DNA of 62,520 nucleotides, filler included, from Hausera hauseri (Eukaryota): NCBI GenBank assembly GCA_046269625.1. It is 10 parts of 10 records of this genome, joined end to end, with 100 filler letters (N's around TTAATTAATTAA, not from the genome) between each part and the next. Parts side by side here need not be neighbours in the genome. Positions count along the whole stretch, not along the records: positions 24,880 to 30,753 come from JBJURY010176305.1; positions 30,854 to 41,734 come from JBJURY010143313.1; 8 more parts are not named here. One strand, 5' to 3'. Shown piece by piece: positions 24,880 to 36,800 of this stretch (position 1 is its first letter; each line of letters starts with the position of its first letter). The notes under the pieces were generated by a model. It saw only the letters and a program-made list of their open reading frames with translations, ran no database searches and was not told where the DNA came from. The position numbers and the translations under genes were made by a program.

Positions 24880-25420
24880 GTAGGTATTTCGGCTGATCGA
24901 AAAAGTCAAAGTACAGCGGTCCACACATGGTAAGGGCTTTTGATTCTGCCACCCATACCTGACGGTTTGCCGCTGTGGCGTCATATCCGATGGTTTTTGT
25001 CAAATGAGTCGTTTTCGTGTCTGAACGGTAATTCAGAGCCGTTTCAATGAGTGCTTTGATACTGTATAGACTGGTGTTGCCTTCATTTCTGACGCTGTTT
25101 AAAGTCAGTGAAGCCTCCTGGAACAGTGTGAGGAAAAAGTAATTGGCTGGTGTGACAGTGTCTGTTGTAGCCAAAACCGTTGATGCATATTTTCTAACAA
25201 GGAATTTTACATAGAGTAGCGTATTGTTCAGATCCAGGTATTCATTGTACGATGCCATAATATTAAATTGAATGTCAATGTTATCATCCGTTGAAACCGA
25301 ATCAACGGGTAGATTTCTTCAAATGTCGCATTGTCAATAACAACTTCTGGCGTCGCTTTGTCAAATATACACAATTCAGATTTTGCAGATGTCATTTGTC
25401 TGCCTGTCTGTATGTCAATC
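24880..25420 (-). pseudogene. Polinton/adintovirus major capsid protein, N-terminal part
   Basis: SAKSELCIF...IQFNI..SYNEYLDLNNTLLYVKF, PANYFFLTLF, LYSIKALIETALNY, GPLYFDFFDQPKYL match the Polinton double-jelly-roll capsid pattern; frameshift near 25320; cut by the contig end. Confidence 0.88.
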
Positions 25421-25460
25421 GAAAATCGTACGACGACGACGTTTGTTTATAGTTGAAAAG

Positions 25461-25765
25461 CTAGCGTTTTCGTTTTCTACAGCCACTTTCAGCAAATTGT
25501 TTTTTGACTAATTCAACGACTCTCGGTGCAGCGCTTTTTATTTCTGACAAGGCGTGTTCCTTCAGTGATAGTAAAATCGATTTGTTTCCATATAGTACAT
25601 CCTGTGCTGTTTTTGCTGTCACAACTCCAATACACTTTAACACTGGAAAGGCTAAACGTGCCAATGTACGCAACCATCCAGAGCCATAGTGCTTACCAAC
25701 GAAACACGGCAGTTAACCGCCTTGCTGGGGTTTACTGTAAATGGAAACGATTTCAGAATAAATCA
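25461..25765 (-). pseudogene. Polinton/adintovirus small core-like protein
   Basis: QQGG*LPCFVGKHYGSGWLRTLARLAFP...AQDVL...RKRKR: Gly-Gly motif, amphipathic helix and basic tail, directly upstream of the major capsid gene. Confidence 0.6.
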
Positions 25766-25769
25766 TGTT

Positions 25770-26837
25770 GTTGTATTCGATGGAAATGAAGAGTTGGGCT
25801 GGTTGTGGTACCGTACGGAAATTCTATAAGGTAACCCGCGTCACATCAGATATTGACGTCAACATTGTTTATAGATGTAGTTGCCACAGACAGGTACATT
25901 GAATTATCGAGCTTGACAGAGACATTGTCGCCAGCAGTATACTTGCTGCTTTCCGGATAAATTGCACAGAGTAGCGGTACACATACTTCGCCAACCAAAA
26001 TAGGTTCGGTAACGTTTACGTAAATGTACATTTGACTTAGTCCAGTTTTCAATTTCGGTTTAAGTGTTGCAACATGTGCCGTCTTCGTATTCGATGCCTC
26101 AAACCGCTGTTTTTCAAAACCAATACCATGGCCAAAGCTTTGTCCAATGAAATGTTGACAGTATCCTTAGCCAGTTCAAATTTAATGTACCCATTTGCAT
26201 CTGACTCAAAAACTTTAAATATCTCCTTGTACTTTTGATTTGAGGAAAAGTGTTGACAGAGCTGTGCTACAGATTCGCAATAGACATTGTCTCCAATCAA
26301 TACGTATGATGTTGACACGCTTTCTGCTGTCTAGGTAAATTTCACCGTTGTCTGGTAATATTCGGGATTTAATATTGGACCAACTACATATTCACTTTTA
26401 ATATGTTTACCTTTGAACTCTGTATTTTTGAATCCAAATTTCTGTGCCATCTCAGAGGAGTCAAGGGTAACAGTAAATTCAAAATCTGCCATAAAATGTA
26501 AGTTTTGATCTAAAATAAAAACACCGATTTTGCCGTGTATACCGTAATTTGCTTCGATCGTGCAAATGGTCGATTCTTTAACTGTTATTTCATTGTTAGT
26601 AAGTGTCAGAAGACAAGAATGTGTTTTGGTCTCAGTAACAGTCTTGTCGTACGTTATTTTTATACAACCTTTCAATGTCACCGGTGCGTAGGGAAAGTTA
26701 AATTCCATCAATGCAACCTCCCATTGTCCAGAAGATAAATCCAAAGGATTGTTCCAATATACAACGTATTCACTGGCGGAATTGTTCGGACGAGTCGTCG
26801 GACAACTGTTGTTCGGCAACACCATGTAAATACTCAT
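25770..26837 (-). pseudogene. Polinton minor capsid protein (penton), copy 1
   Basis: N-term IYMVLPNNS...NNSASEY...PLDL..QWEVALMEF; C-term MYIYVNVTEPILVG...PLL...MYLSV...TLHF; broken by stops and frameshifts. Confidence 0.85.
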
Positions 26838-26882
26838 GATCTTGATGATGATTATGATGATATTGATGACGCAGTTTGTTTA

Positions 26883-27900
26883 TTATCGACGACGTCGAAA
26901 ATGTAACGTCAAATGTGTCGTTGACCCAAACAAAAATTTAATGGGTTCCAAAAATTCATCAAGCATATACACGGAAATACTGTGTACAATATTGTGAGAC
27001 AATGATAAGTACATGGGTCTGGGCATATTAACGCGAACAATTTCACCTGATGTTTTTCGCGTGTCAGAATCCAGTTCGATAGAAGCCAGTAGTTGTTTAC
27101 GTTCTCCACCAATGACTGCGGATTCGGTTAAATCCGCTAAAATGTTCATTCGATGAAATGACCATAGAGTTGTGGTTTGTGTTTGGCAACAATACATCGT
27201 CCAACAATGTTCTGATAGAATTCGCGTTTTGAAAAACCCAGATTCCTAGCCAATAATTTATCAAAGGCAAAATATGTAACATTGTCATGTAGTATAATCA
27301 AAATATGACCATCTGCGTTTATTTCACATGTATTTACGGCTAATGTAGCCGTTTTCTTGCCGTATTCGCAATTCCAGTTCCGTTTCCATTAATAAATCGT
27401 GTGGTTTATTATATGAGCGGAAGACTGATTCTAACTTGGTCCACTTTACTATAATATCGGATTCTGCATAGGATGAAAGATCCAATTTTTCATCAATTGT
27501 AACATGTCCACCTAGCCATAGACGTTTTGAGTGTACATTGACTATTGAAAACCCCATGCCATGCATCAGCTATAGACTTAAACTGCATTTCAATGGATTT
27601 CGATGTATTAGTTTCATACGGTAGTTCGAAAAATAAGCATAAACAGAGAAATGTTATCGCGAATAATTTCGAAGAGTATGTCGGTTATTGTGTCGGATTC
27701 TTTACAAATGACTTGAAATATGGTAAACAAATTGTCGTTTCTTGTCGGGTAAAGTAAATACCACTGTTCTGACGTATTGTCATTGGTGAAAATGTAAATG
27801 TGAATTCCGTCAAAGCTAGTTCTCAGATTCACTCCCGTAAATCGACCGGTTAGTCCAAGTGCATGGAAAGTTGTTTAGCGGTATTTCATTGTCGTCATGT
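26883..27900 (-). pseudogene. Polinton minor capsid protein (penton), copy 2
   Basis: C-term ILADLTESAVIGG..KQLLASI...PRPMYLSL...LTLHFRRRR; decayed N-term ELALTEF near 27800-27825. Confidence 0.75.
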
Positions 27901-27949
27901 TGTGATAATGATCTGTTACTATCACGTACCAAGTAAATGCTGCTGCTCA

Positions 27950-28297
27950 TTGAATCTGTGATGCAAAAATCCAACTAGGTGCAGTCTATCCGTGCCGCTT
28001 GACGTGCCACTTATCGTTTATAGAAACTTTGCCACTTGAACGTAGAATTTCCTGAATACGATATACATCGGGTTACTCGATCAATACCTGAAGTTTCTGT
28101 TCGTAGAATTTACCGCGTATTTCCTCACCGTTTTCATCCTCTAAAACTTTAATGACAGATGTTTGTTTTGTGTTGATCTCTGAAATGTGGAAAACATCGT
28201 CGCTTTAGTTCTGATTGAAAATATTAATGAATGGAGTCGTACTTATTTTCGAAATACGTACGTTTAGAGATTTGGTACTTAATGCAGGACTTAATTC
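27950..28297 (-). pseudogene. Polinton integrase C-terminal region
   Basis: VRISKI...NQN*SDDVFHISEI...LEDENGEEIRGKFYEQKLQ...PDVYRIQEIL. Confidence 0.8.
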
Positions 28298-29575
28298 TGT
28301 CCCGTAACACCCAGTCGACAAAACAATAAAACCAAACGAAAGAAAACAAAAAGCAGAGGAATAAAGCTGAATAATTGTCGCAACGTTTATTTCTATTACA
28401 ATCGGTGTCGGCCGAGGTATACGAGTCCTCAGTGTAGGAGAAGATCGCGTTGATAACCGACTTCCGGTGTGAACGGATCGGCATGTCGTCCGAACCAGAA
28501 TCACTCGATAACGATGTGAGTCTTTCCGGCTCCAACCGGCGGCGACGGGGTGATGTGGGACCATCGTGTGGACAATGAGTCCTGGTCATGAGTATCCGTC
28601 CGTGAGTAGCTCGACGGTCTGGGATCAGTTGACTCTCCGAAGGCACCAGCGACTTGTAGAGTTGTTCGGCAGCTGCCATTAGTCGCAGGAATACCGGAAG
28701 AAAAATGGTTGAATCAAAAAGACGACGGTTGTTCCCCTCCTGGTAGAACTAATGGAGTGAGCTCGCTTGGAGAGAGTATGGGTCGTCTCTCTCCAGACCG
28801 ACCAAATGTCTGACGAAGCGACTCCTTTGTAGGAGTTCCCGTACCGTCAGGAAGTCTAAATAGGACCGGTACGGGACTCGTCGGTGTGTATCGCGGCGCT
28901 TACTGCCTGAAGCAGATTCTCGCCGGGTTGGGCGTGGTGTGTCTACTGATGGGTTTTGTTCCCGAAAGGCGACGCGGCGGTCGGCGGTACTGTCCGGTCC
29001 GTCGTGTGTCCGTCGAGGTCCCTTGGCTGCCTCGAGGGTGGTTGACTCGCCGGGTTTGGCGGTATCCGGTTTTCGTCTCGGTGTCGAGTCTGATTCGGTT
29101 CGTTGTTGGAGCTGCATATCCCTTTCGGGGACTGTCTCGTCAATTAGTCGGGTTTTTACTGATTTCAGGGAAATGGGTTCCCCAGGTTTTGATCTGGTCA
29201 CCAACATCTGGACATTTTTGGAGTTTGATGATCTGGACATTTTTTGTTGTTTTTTGTTGTTTTTCTTTTTAAAGATTAGTGTCAATCCTTGAACTGTGGA
29301 TTTAAACAAATGTTTTAAATCCACAGATCTTGATTGTTTTTATTTTGTAAGTGCTGCTTATTTCAGCACTTGTAATTTAATTTAGTAATAATTTGGGAGA
29401 AGGTTTTGTCTAGTGAAATATTTTATTTTGATATATTTATTTTGGGCGAACCCGTGATTTTGTATTGTGATTTTGGATTTTTGATTTTGCTGATAGTATG
29501 TGGTCATTTAATTTTTATTGATTTTACTTATTTTATTTTTTTGTAAGGTGGAACCTTACAAGGCTCCCCCGCCTG
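28298..29575 (-). mobile_element. Probable 3' LTR (~1.26 kb) with polypurine tract, interrupting the Polinton integrase
   Basis: Minus strand: CAGGCGGGGGAGCC just before TGTAAGG (29560); AATAAA near 28390, a T-rich tract, then ...GGGACA (28298), after which integrase coding resumes. Confidence 0.6.
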
Positions 29576-30853
29576 AAAAATAAAATTAAAAGTGATTTTT
29601 AATTTTTTTAAATTAGAGTTCTGAAATTATTTTAATTTTTAAAATTTACGTAATTGATTTTCTTGAAATTTAAGTACTGTGAAATTAGAATTGTGAAAAT
29701 TACATTCATAGAAACGTGTTTTGTATCAAAATTTAGAATATGCATTGAAATAAAAAAGGAGACACTGTTCTTGAGCATTCGCAGCATTTTCGCAACGATA
29801 GGAATACGACGAAATTAAGGAAATACACATATTCATTGAGGCAGAATGTTTAGAATGTAATATGTAATACGGTAGGATCAGCAGCTCAATATTTATAATT
29901 ATAATTAATACTGCTTCTCGATATGAAATCACATTACAAGCATTTCAACCGACCTTCAATTTACAAATAACCACCATAATCTCGCATGTTAAATTCAGTG
30001 TATAAGTTCAAGGGGTCGACACTACACAAGTGTCTCCGCATCTAATAAACAATCTAATATATACCTTAAACAGCTGAGATATATAGCATAATTGCGCATT
30101 TAAGTCAGTAATTGGTATTCTCATAATTTGTTTAAATAATCAAAATTTCTGTGTGCTACGTAATTTGCCGGTTTATAATTATTACCGATTTTGAAAACAT
30201 GTGATAAAAGCCATTCAAATCTCGGTTCGAGAACTCTATGGGCGTTTCGGTGCAGGGTTACTGTTACATGTTTTAACAGAAAATAAAATTTGCTCGTTAT
30301 ACGAACTTTGAACGAAATGAAAAAAAATTTTTAAATGCATTGTTTCACAAGAAGCATGAAAGGTTAGCTAATGATATATCCCGTAATGTTTAATTTAAAA
30401 ATAGACAAAAGTTATGAATATGATTAACAAAGAACATTCGATCAAAGTGAAGTCATTAATTATTTAACAGTTGATGTTCAAATGCGTTTTGTCGAAATCA
30501 TTTTGTAGAAGCCGTGGAGTAGTTCAAAAATTTGAATTATATGAAATCATTCATTGCTTAATGCGACTAATTTCTGCAATGGTTTTGAGTGGCAATTTGA
30601 TGTATGTAAATTTTTTTTGAATAACTCAGAATTTAGCTTTTCTAATAAATTTTAATAAATATTTGTTGATTTAAATTCCTTAATTTGAACCTTATCGATA
30701 CGGACGTACAGTTTTAAATTTTCAAAGTATTTAAGGTTGTGGGTTTTTTAAGANNNNNNNNNNNNNNNNNNNNNNNNNNNNNNNNNNNNNNNNNNNNTTA
30801 ATTAATTAANNNNNNNNNNNNNNNNNNNNNNNNNNNNNNNNNNNNNNNNNNNN

Positions 30854-33800
30854 ACTACGCTCGTTGGCCGGCGTGTGCTTCAGGTAATCTTCCAGCGCAC
30901 GCACCGCACCGTACATCTGGTACACGCTTACCCCACCAAACAGCAAGGTCACCGCCAGGCTCATGCCAGTTTGCGCCGGATTCGTGCGATTGTTGGCACC
31001 CCGGGTATCCTTGCCCACCTCTGCGGCACCCTTGCTCACCCCTTCGCTATTCTCGTAAATAGATCCACTATCCACTGAGCCATACCTCCGACTACTCGTC
31101 TCTTCTGTTGAGTCATTCACAGCACCCCGCCTATCTACATCACGCGGCAATTCCTCCAGTCCATCCAGATTAAAATTCAGGTATACCTCGTCAGGATCCA
31201 GCAGGGACTGCGCACCAAGCTCCAACCGGGCCTTGATCCCCAAGTCCGGGCCATCTTGCGCCGCTCTTGCCGCTGTACCTTCCAGTAGTTGCTGATCTGC
31301 TTCCCCAGGCGGATTCAGAAAATCGAGACGATCTGCCTGGCCCTCCGTCCATCCCAGCATGACCGACGTGCCATCATTACCCCACACCTCGGGTGCCAGC
31401 CTATTCGCCCATTTCACCAGTTCATTAATCTTGCCTTTCAGGCTATCAATTTCCTGTTGGGTAACCCGCGTGATTGTTGGGGAGCTATTCGGCATCGGTA
31501 GTACCCTCTCCAGATCAACCCCCGCCTGTCTCAGATATTTACGCAGATTCTCATGCATGGTTTCTCTTCTGAACAGGATGGCGTTGTCCAGCAGTTCATC
31601 CCCCTCCAGACGCAAATTCTCTGCCAGCAGCTCACGCGCCTGATCCACAGAAGGCTCACTGACATCGTTGCCTTTCAACGGTGAAAGTCTACCCTGAATG
31701 ACAGCCTCATCTATCTTTCCGAACAGAGTCTTGAAAGCAGCCTCATCCATCGGCAGCTGGCTGAATTTCTCTCTCAATCTAATATACATATCGCTGATCC
31801 CGTCGCTGTAATCTTTGTGCAGGGTATAACTCACGGCACTGGTGTCGGGATTAGTAACCTTTTCAATACTGTCCGATGCCAGCCCCTTGGTCATAATCCT
31901 TTCCCGTTCTTCGATCAAAGCCTCACACAGATCAATAAAAGCCTGTATTGCTTTCCGTTGCCCCAAGGACAAAATACTTTTCGCGTAATCATTCTGCACA
32001 AAATCCAATATCACCTCCAGATAGCTGGCACTCAGGGTATAGACCTTTGCCAGATAACTGTCAGTCTTCACCGGCGCGATGTGCACCTCTGGAGCCGTAT
32101 TTTCCAGCCTGGCCTTATCCCGGATACCCTGCAACCGGTTCAGCGCCTCAGCTACATCCTTATTCTGGCGCTCCTCCAGCATCCCCTGCACTTCATCCAG
32201 AAAGGCATTGGCATAATCCATCGATTCCCTGGATACCTTGACTCTCGCCAGGGCAGCATCATTCAGCGCATTCTGAAGCGCATCTATTTCAGGTTTAAAT
32301 TCCACAACCTGGCGAATAGCAGTGTCTTCCAGCCTTTTCTCCAAGGCACCGAATGCATCCCTTATCTTTTTCTGCACAGCCTCAAATACATCAGAATCAA
32401 CATCAGTTATGATGGCCTTCTCAAACTTATCCACCCTATCGTAATAGGATGCCGGGTAAGAATTCATGCTCTCCATCTTGGCACTAACCAGATCGACCAG
32501 CACGACCTTGGCCAAATCCTTTAAGCCTTGATCTATGCCGTCCATCGGCACGTGGTTGTAGCGCATATCGTTAGCCAGCTTGCCTGCCTTGACCATGGCA
32601 TCGCTCAACTCCGTGTTATTCAAACTATCCAGTTCCATTTGCCCGGCCTGCGCCTTGGGCCGCATTTTGTCTATCTCGGTCACCTGAACCAGCAATTTTT
32701 CAGTCGCGGCTTCCCCAGCCGCTGTCAGCTTCCCTTTTTTCAAAATTTCTTGCAGTTTCCTGGCCAGGGGGTCATCGGCCGCCGCCGGATCCAACGTCAC
32801 ACTCTTGCCCGGTCTCACAGAACCCCCTGTCGCATCGTCAAGGCCAGCGTGATAATCCGCTCTTGCCTGATTCAGCAGCGCATCATTCGCCGCCTGACCA
32901 TGTCTGAGCAATGTATTATTGAAATCAGCTATCTGCTCGGTCACCCCTTTTACCTGCTGCCGCCCGGCATCATCCAGCACATCGGGTGACAGTCTCTCCG
33001 CCCATTTCACCAGTTCATTAACTTTGCCTTGCAGGTTATCAATTTCCTGTTGGCCAACCGGCGTGGTGAGGTCATTCAGCGTCCGCTGCATCTGCTCCAG
33101 TTCACCCTGCGCCTGTTTCAGATATTCATGCAGATTTTCCTGCATGGTTTCTCTTCTGAGCGGGTCGAAATTCTCCAGCAGATCAAGCATCTCCTCATGC
33201 GGCATCTCTGCCAGCAGAACATGCATGTCATCCGCAAAATCATCTCTGACAAAGACCTCTTCACCCATCTTTCCACGCAGCTTATCGAAAGCAGCTTCAT
33301 CTATCTGCAGCCTGCCAACCATAGCTTTTAATTGAGCATACGGTTTCAAGATCTCGACTCTATATGCTGAATTCAAGATATATTTCTCGGTCCCAGTTGC
33401 GGGGTTAATAGCCTTGCTGAGATTGCTCGGCTCCAGCCCCCCAGTCATGATCTTTTCCCGCACTGCGAGCAAAGACTCAGCCAGATCAACAAGAGCCTTG
33501 ATTTCTGCCTGTTGCTGCTCTGCAGCACCTTTCGCGTAATCATTCACAAAATCCACCATCAGCTTCAGATAGTAGGCACTCAGGGTATAGGCTTTTTCCA
33601 GATAACTTTCAGTTGTTACCGGCGCGGTGTGCTCCGCTAGCAGTTGTAACACCTGATCGACATTTTCCTTGTAGGCTGGCGCATATTGTGCGGGATCAAT
33701 GCCGCCAGCTCTCAGAATGTCGGCGTTCTCATTCAGCCGCTTTACAGCATCCAGCACCCGGGTACGCTCAGGCGCACCGGACTTGTTGCCCTCCATTTCT

Positions 33801-36800
33801 GGAATTGCATCTTCCAGCCACTGGTTCAGTGTTCTCAGATCCAGAATGTTTTGTGCCAGAGCCTGGTCTAATAAAACTCCCTTATTCATGGGATCGACCA
33901 GCGGCGGCATCTTACCCATCAGGTTGTCCAGCGCATCATTCTGTGTTCGGATCATGTCATCGACCAGCGCCCGGTTAACCACCGTCTCCATCTCTTCCAG
34001 GCTCGCCCTTGTGTCCTTGAGTGTGGCCCAGCCTTTGCCTTCCGCTTCTGCCAGGCGGGCTGCCGCCCTGTTGCGTACCTCAATCAAGCCCCCCGGAGTG
34101 CGCTTGCTGTTATCCGTCTTATCCATGGCTTTCGCAGAAAGCTCTCTCGCCGAATCCAGGGCATCTTGCACATCAAGCTTCCATTGGTTTCGATCTGACT
34201 CACCGGGCTCTACCGGAAGTACTGGCTGAAACAGCCGGCCAGGGTTGCTATCACCCGTCATCAGCACGCGCAATACGCCGGTGGTCAAAGACTCCACCAC
34301 CTCGGCAAATGATATCGTAATCTCGGGATTCGCCTGCAACTTGCCCAGATTCTCGTGTATCCGAACCAGCGGCGTTGTTTCCCCCGAACCACCCTTCACG
34401 ATGCCAGGCAACGCTTTCTTGAGTGTCGTCACATCCTGGATAAACTGATCCAGCAAGTTGCGCGTGGCCTGGTCAGGCACCTTGGAATCCAGCAATGCTT
34501 TCGCCTGTTTCATCACCGGCATCTCCGCTACCACAGGGTCGAGCACATAAGGTTTGGGCGTAGCCGTATTCCCCGCCCTGGTCTGATCCAGACGACCCTG
34601 CAACCGGTTCAACTCATTAGCTATATCCTGATTCTGACGGTTCTCCAACATCTTTTGCATTTCACCCAGCCAGACATTGGTCTCATCCATCATTTTCTTG
34701 GGCATCACGACTCCAACCCGGGCAGCATCTTCCATCACCTTCTGAAGCGCATCCATTTCAGGCTTCAAGTCCGCAGCCCGGCGAATGGCAGGGTCGTTTA
34801 CCTTGTCCGTCAAGGCATTGGTTGCGTCCAACAACTTCTGCTGCGCATCCTTCAATACAGCAGGGTCAATTTTAGACATGGCATCAGCCGTAAATCCATT
34901 TACTATATCGTCATAGGGGGGGGCCCGGCGAATATCCATTGCCTTCTGCCTGGCATCAACTGAATCGCCCAGCGCGGCTTTGGCCAAATTCCGCAGACCC
35001 TGATCTATGTCGTCCATCGGTACGCGGTTGTCGTGCATATCGTTGACCAGCTCGACCGCCCTGACCAGGGCATCGCTCAACACCGGGCTATCCGGCTCCA
35101 TTTTCCCGGTCTGTAGCTTGACTCGCATTTTGTCTATCTCGATCACCTGAGTCAGCAATTTCTCAGTCGCGTCTTTCCCCTCTGGTGTCAGCCTCTCTTC
35201 TTGCAAGATTTTCTGCAGTTTCTGGGCCAAGGGGTTATTGACCGCCGCCGAATCCAGCAACACGTTCTTGCCCGGCCTAAAATAACCCCCTATCGTATCG
35301 TCAAGTCCGGCGTAATAATCCGCTCTTGCCTGATTCAGCAGCGCACCATTCACCGCCTGAGCATGCCTGAGCAATGCATCATTGAGCGTACCTACCTGCT
35401 CGGCCATCCCTTGCACCTGCTGCCGCCCGGCATCATTCAGCATGCCAGGCGCCAAACCATTCGCCCATTTCACCAGTTCATTAATCTTGCCTTTCAGGCC
35501 ATCAATTTCCTGTTGTGTAACCGGCGTGGTGTTCTTGGGGTCATTCAGCATCTGCATCATCCGGTTCATCTCACCCTGCGCCTGTGTCAGATAGTCATGC
35601 AGATTTTCCTTTATGGTTCCTTTTCTGAACAGGGCGCCGTTGTCCAGCAGATCCACCATGCCCTTACGCACATTCTCTGCCAGCAGATCACGCGCTTCAT
35701 CCACAGAAAGCTTGCTGATATCGTTGATTTTCAGCGCTGGAGACTCACCCTGAACAATATATTCACCTATCTTCTCGAACAGATTCCTGAAAGCAGCCCC
35801 ATCCATATCTATCTGGCCGAGCCTAAAGATCAATTCAGCATATTGCGCCCTGATCTGGACCATATATCTTTGCTCCATGACATAACTCTTGGCATGAGTG
35901 TCTGGGTTAATAACCTGTCTGATCTTGAGCGTATCCAGCCCCTCGGTCATGATTTCCTTCTGTTCCTTGATCAAATACTCACCCAGATCAACAAAAGACT
36001 TTACTGCTCCCTCTTGCGCCGGGGTCATATCACCTTTCGCGTAATCCTTCTTCACAAAATCCACCATCCCCTTTAGATAGCTGCTACTCAAGGTATAGGC
36101 TTTTGCCAGATAACTTTCAGTCGTTACCGGCGCGGTGCGCATCTTTAGCAGTTGTAGTAACCCCTTATCGGCATTTTTCTTGTAGGCTGGCGCATATTGT
36201 GCGGGATCAATGCCGCCAGCTCTCAGAATGTCGGCGTTCTCATTCAGCCGCTTTACAGCATCCAGCACCAGGGTACGCTCAGGCGCACCGGACTTGTTGC
36301 CCTCCATTTCTGGAATTGCATCTTCCAGCCACTGGTTCAGCGTTTTCAGATCCAGAATTTTTTCCGCCAGAGTCTTGTCTACCCCCCCCCGATCCCTAGG
36401 CTCGACCAGCGGCGGCATTTTGCCCATCAGGTTATCCAGTGCATCATTCCGTGTTCGGAACCTGTCATAGGCCAATGCCTGATCAACCGCCTTCTCCACC
36501 TTGTCCAGGATTGCCCTCGTTTCATCATGCGCGGCCCAGCCATAGCCTTCCGCTTCTGCCAGGTTGGCTATTGCCATGTTGCGCGCATCAATCACCTCCT
36601 CAGGGAAGCGCTTGTCGTGATCCGCCGGATCGTTGGCTCGCGCAGAAAGCTCTGCCGCCTTATTCAACGCGTCTTTCACCTTGAGCCTCCATCGATTTGG
36701 ATCTGCATTATTAAGCACAGCCGGATTAGTAATGAGTGGCTGAGACATCCGACCAAGGTCGCTACCACCCATCATCAGCGCTTTCAGCACATCGGTGGTC

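Noticed and set aside
28205-29324. ORFs of 117-191 aa on both strands
   Set aside because: Stop-poor GC-rich LTR sequence, open in several frames at once, with no recognisable domain.
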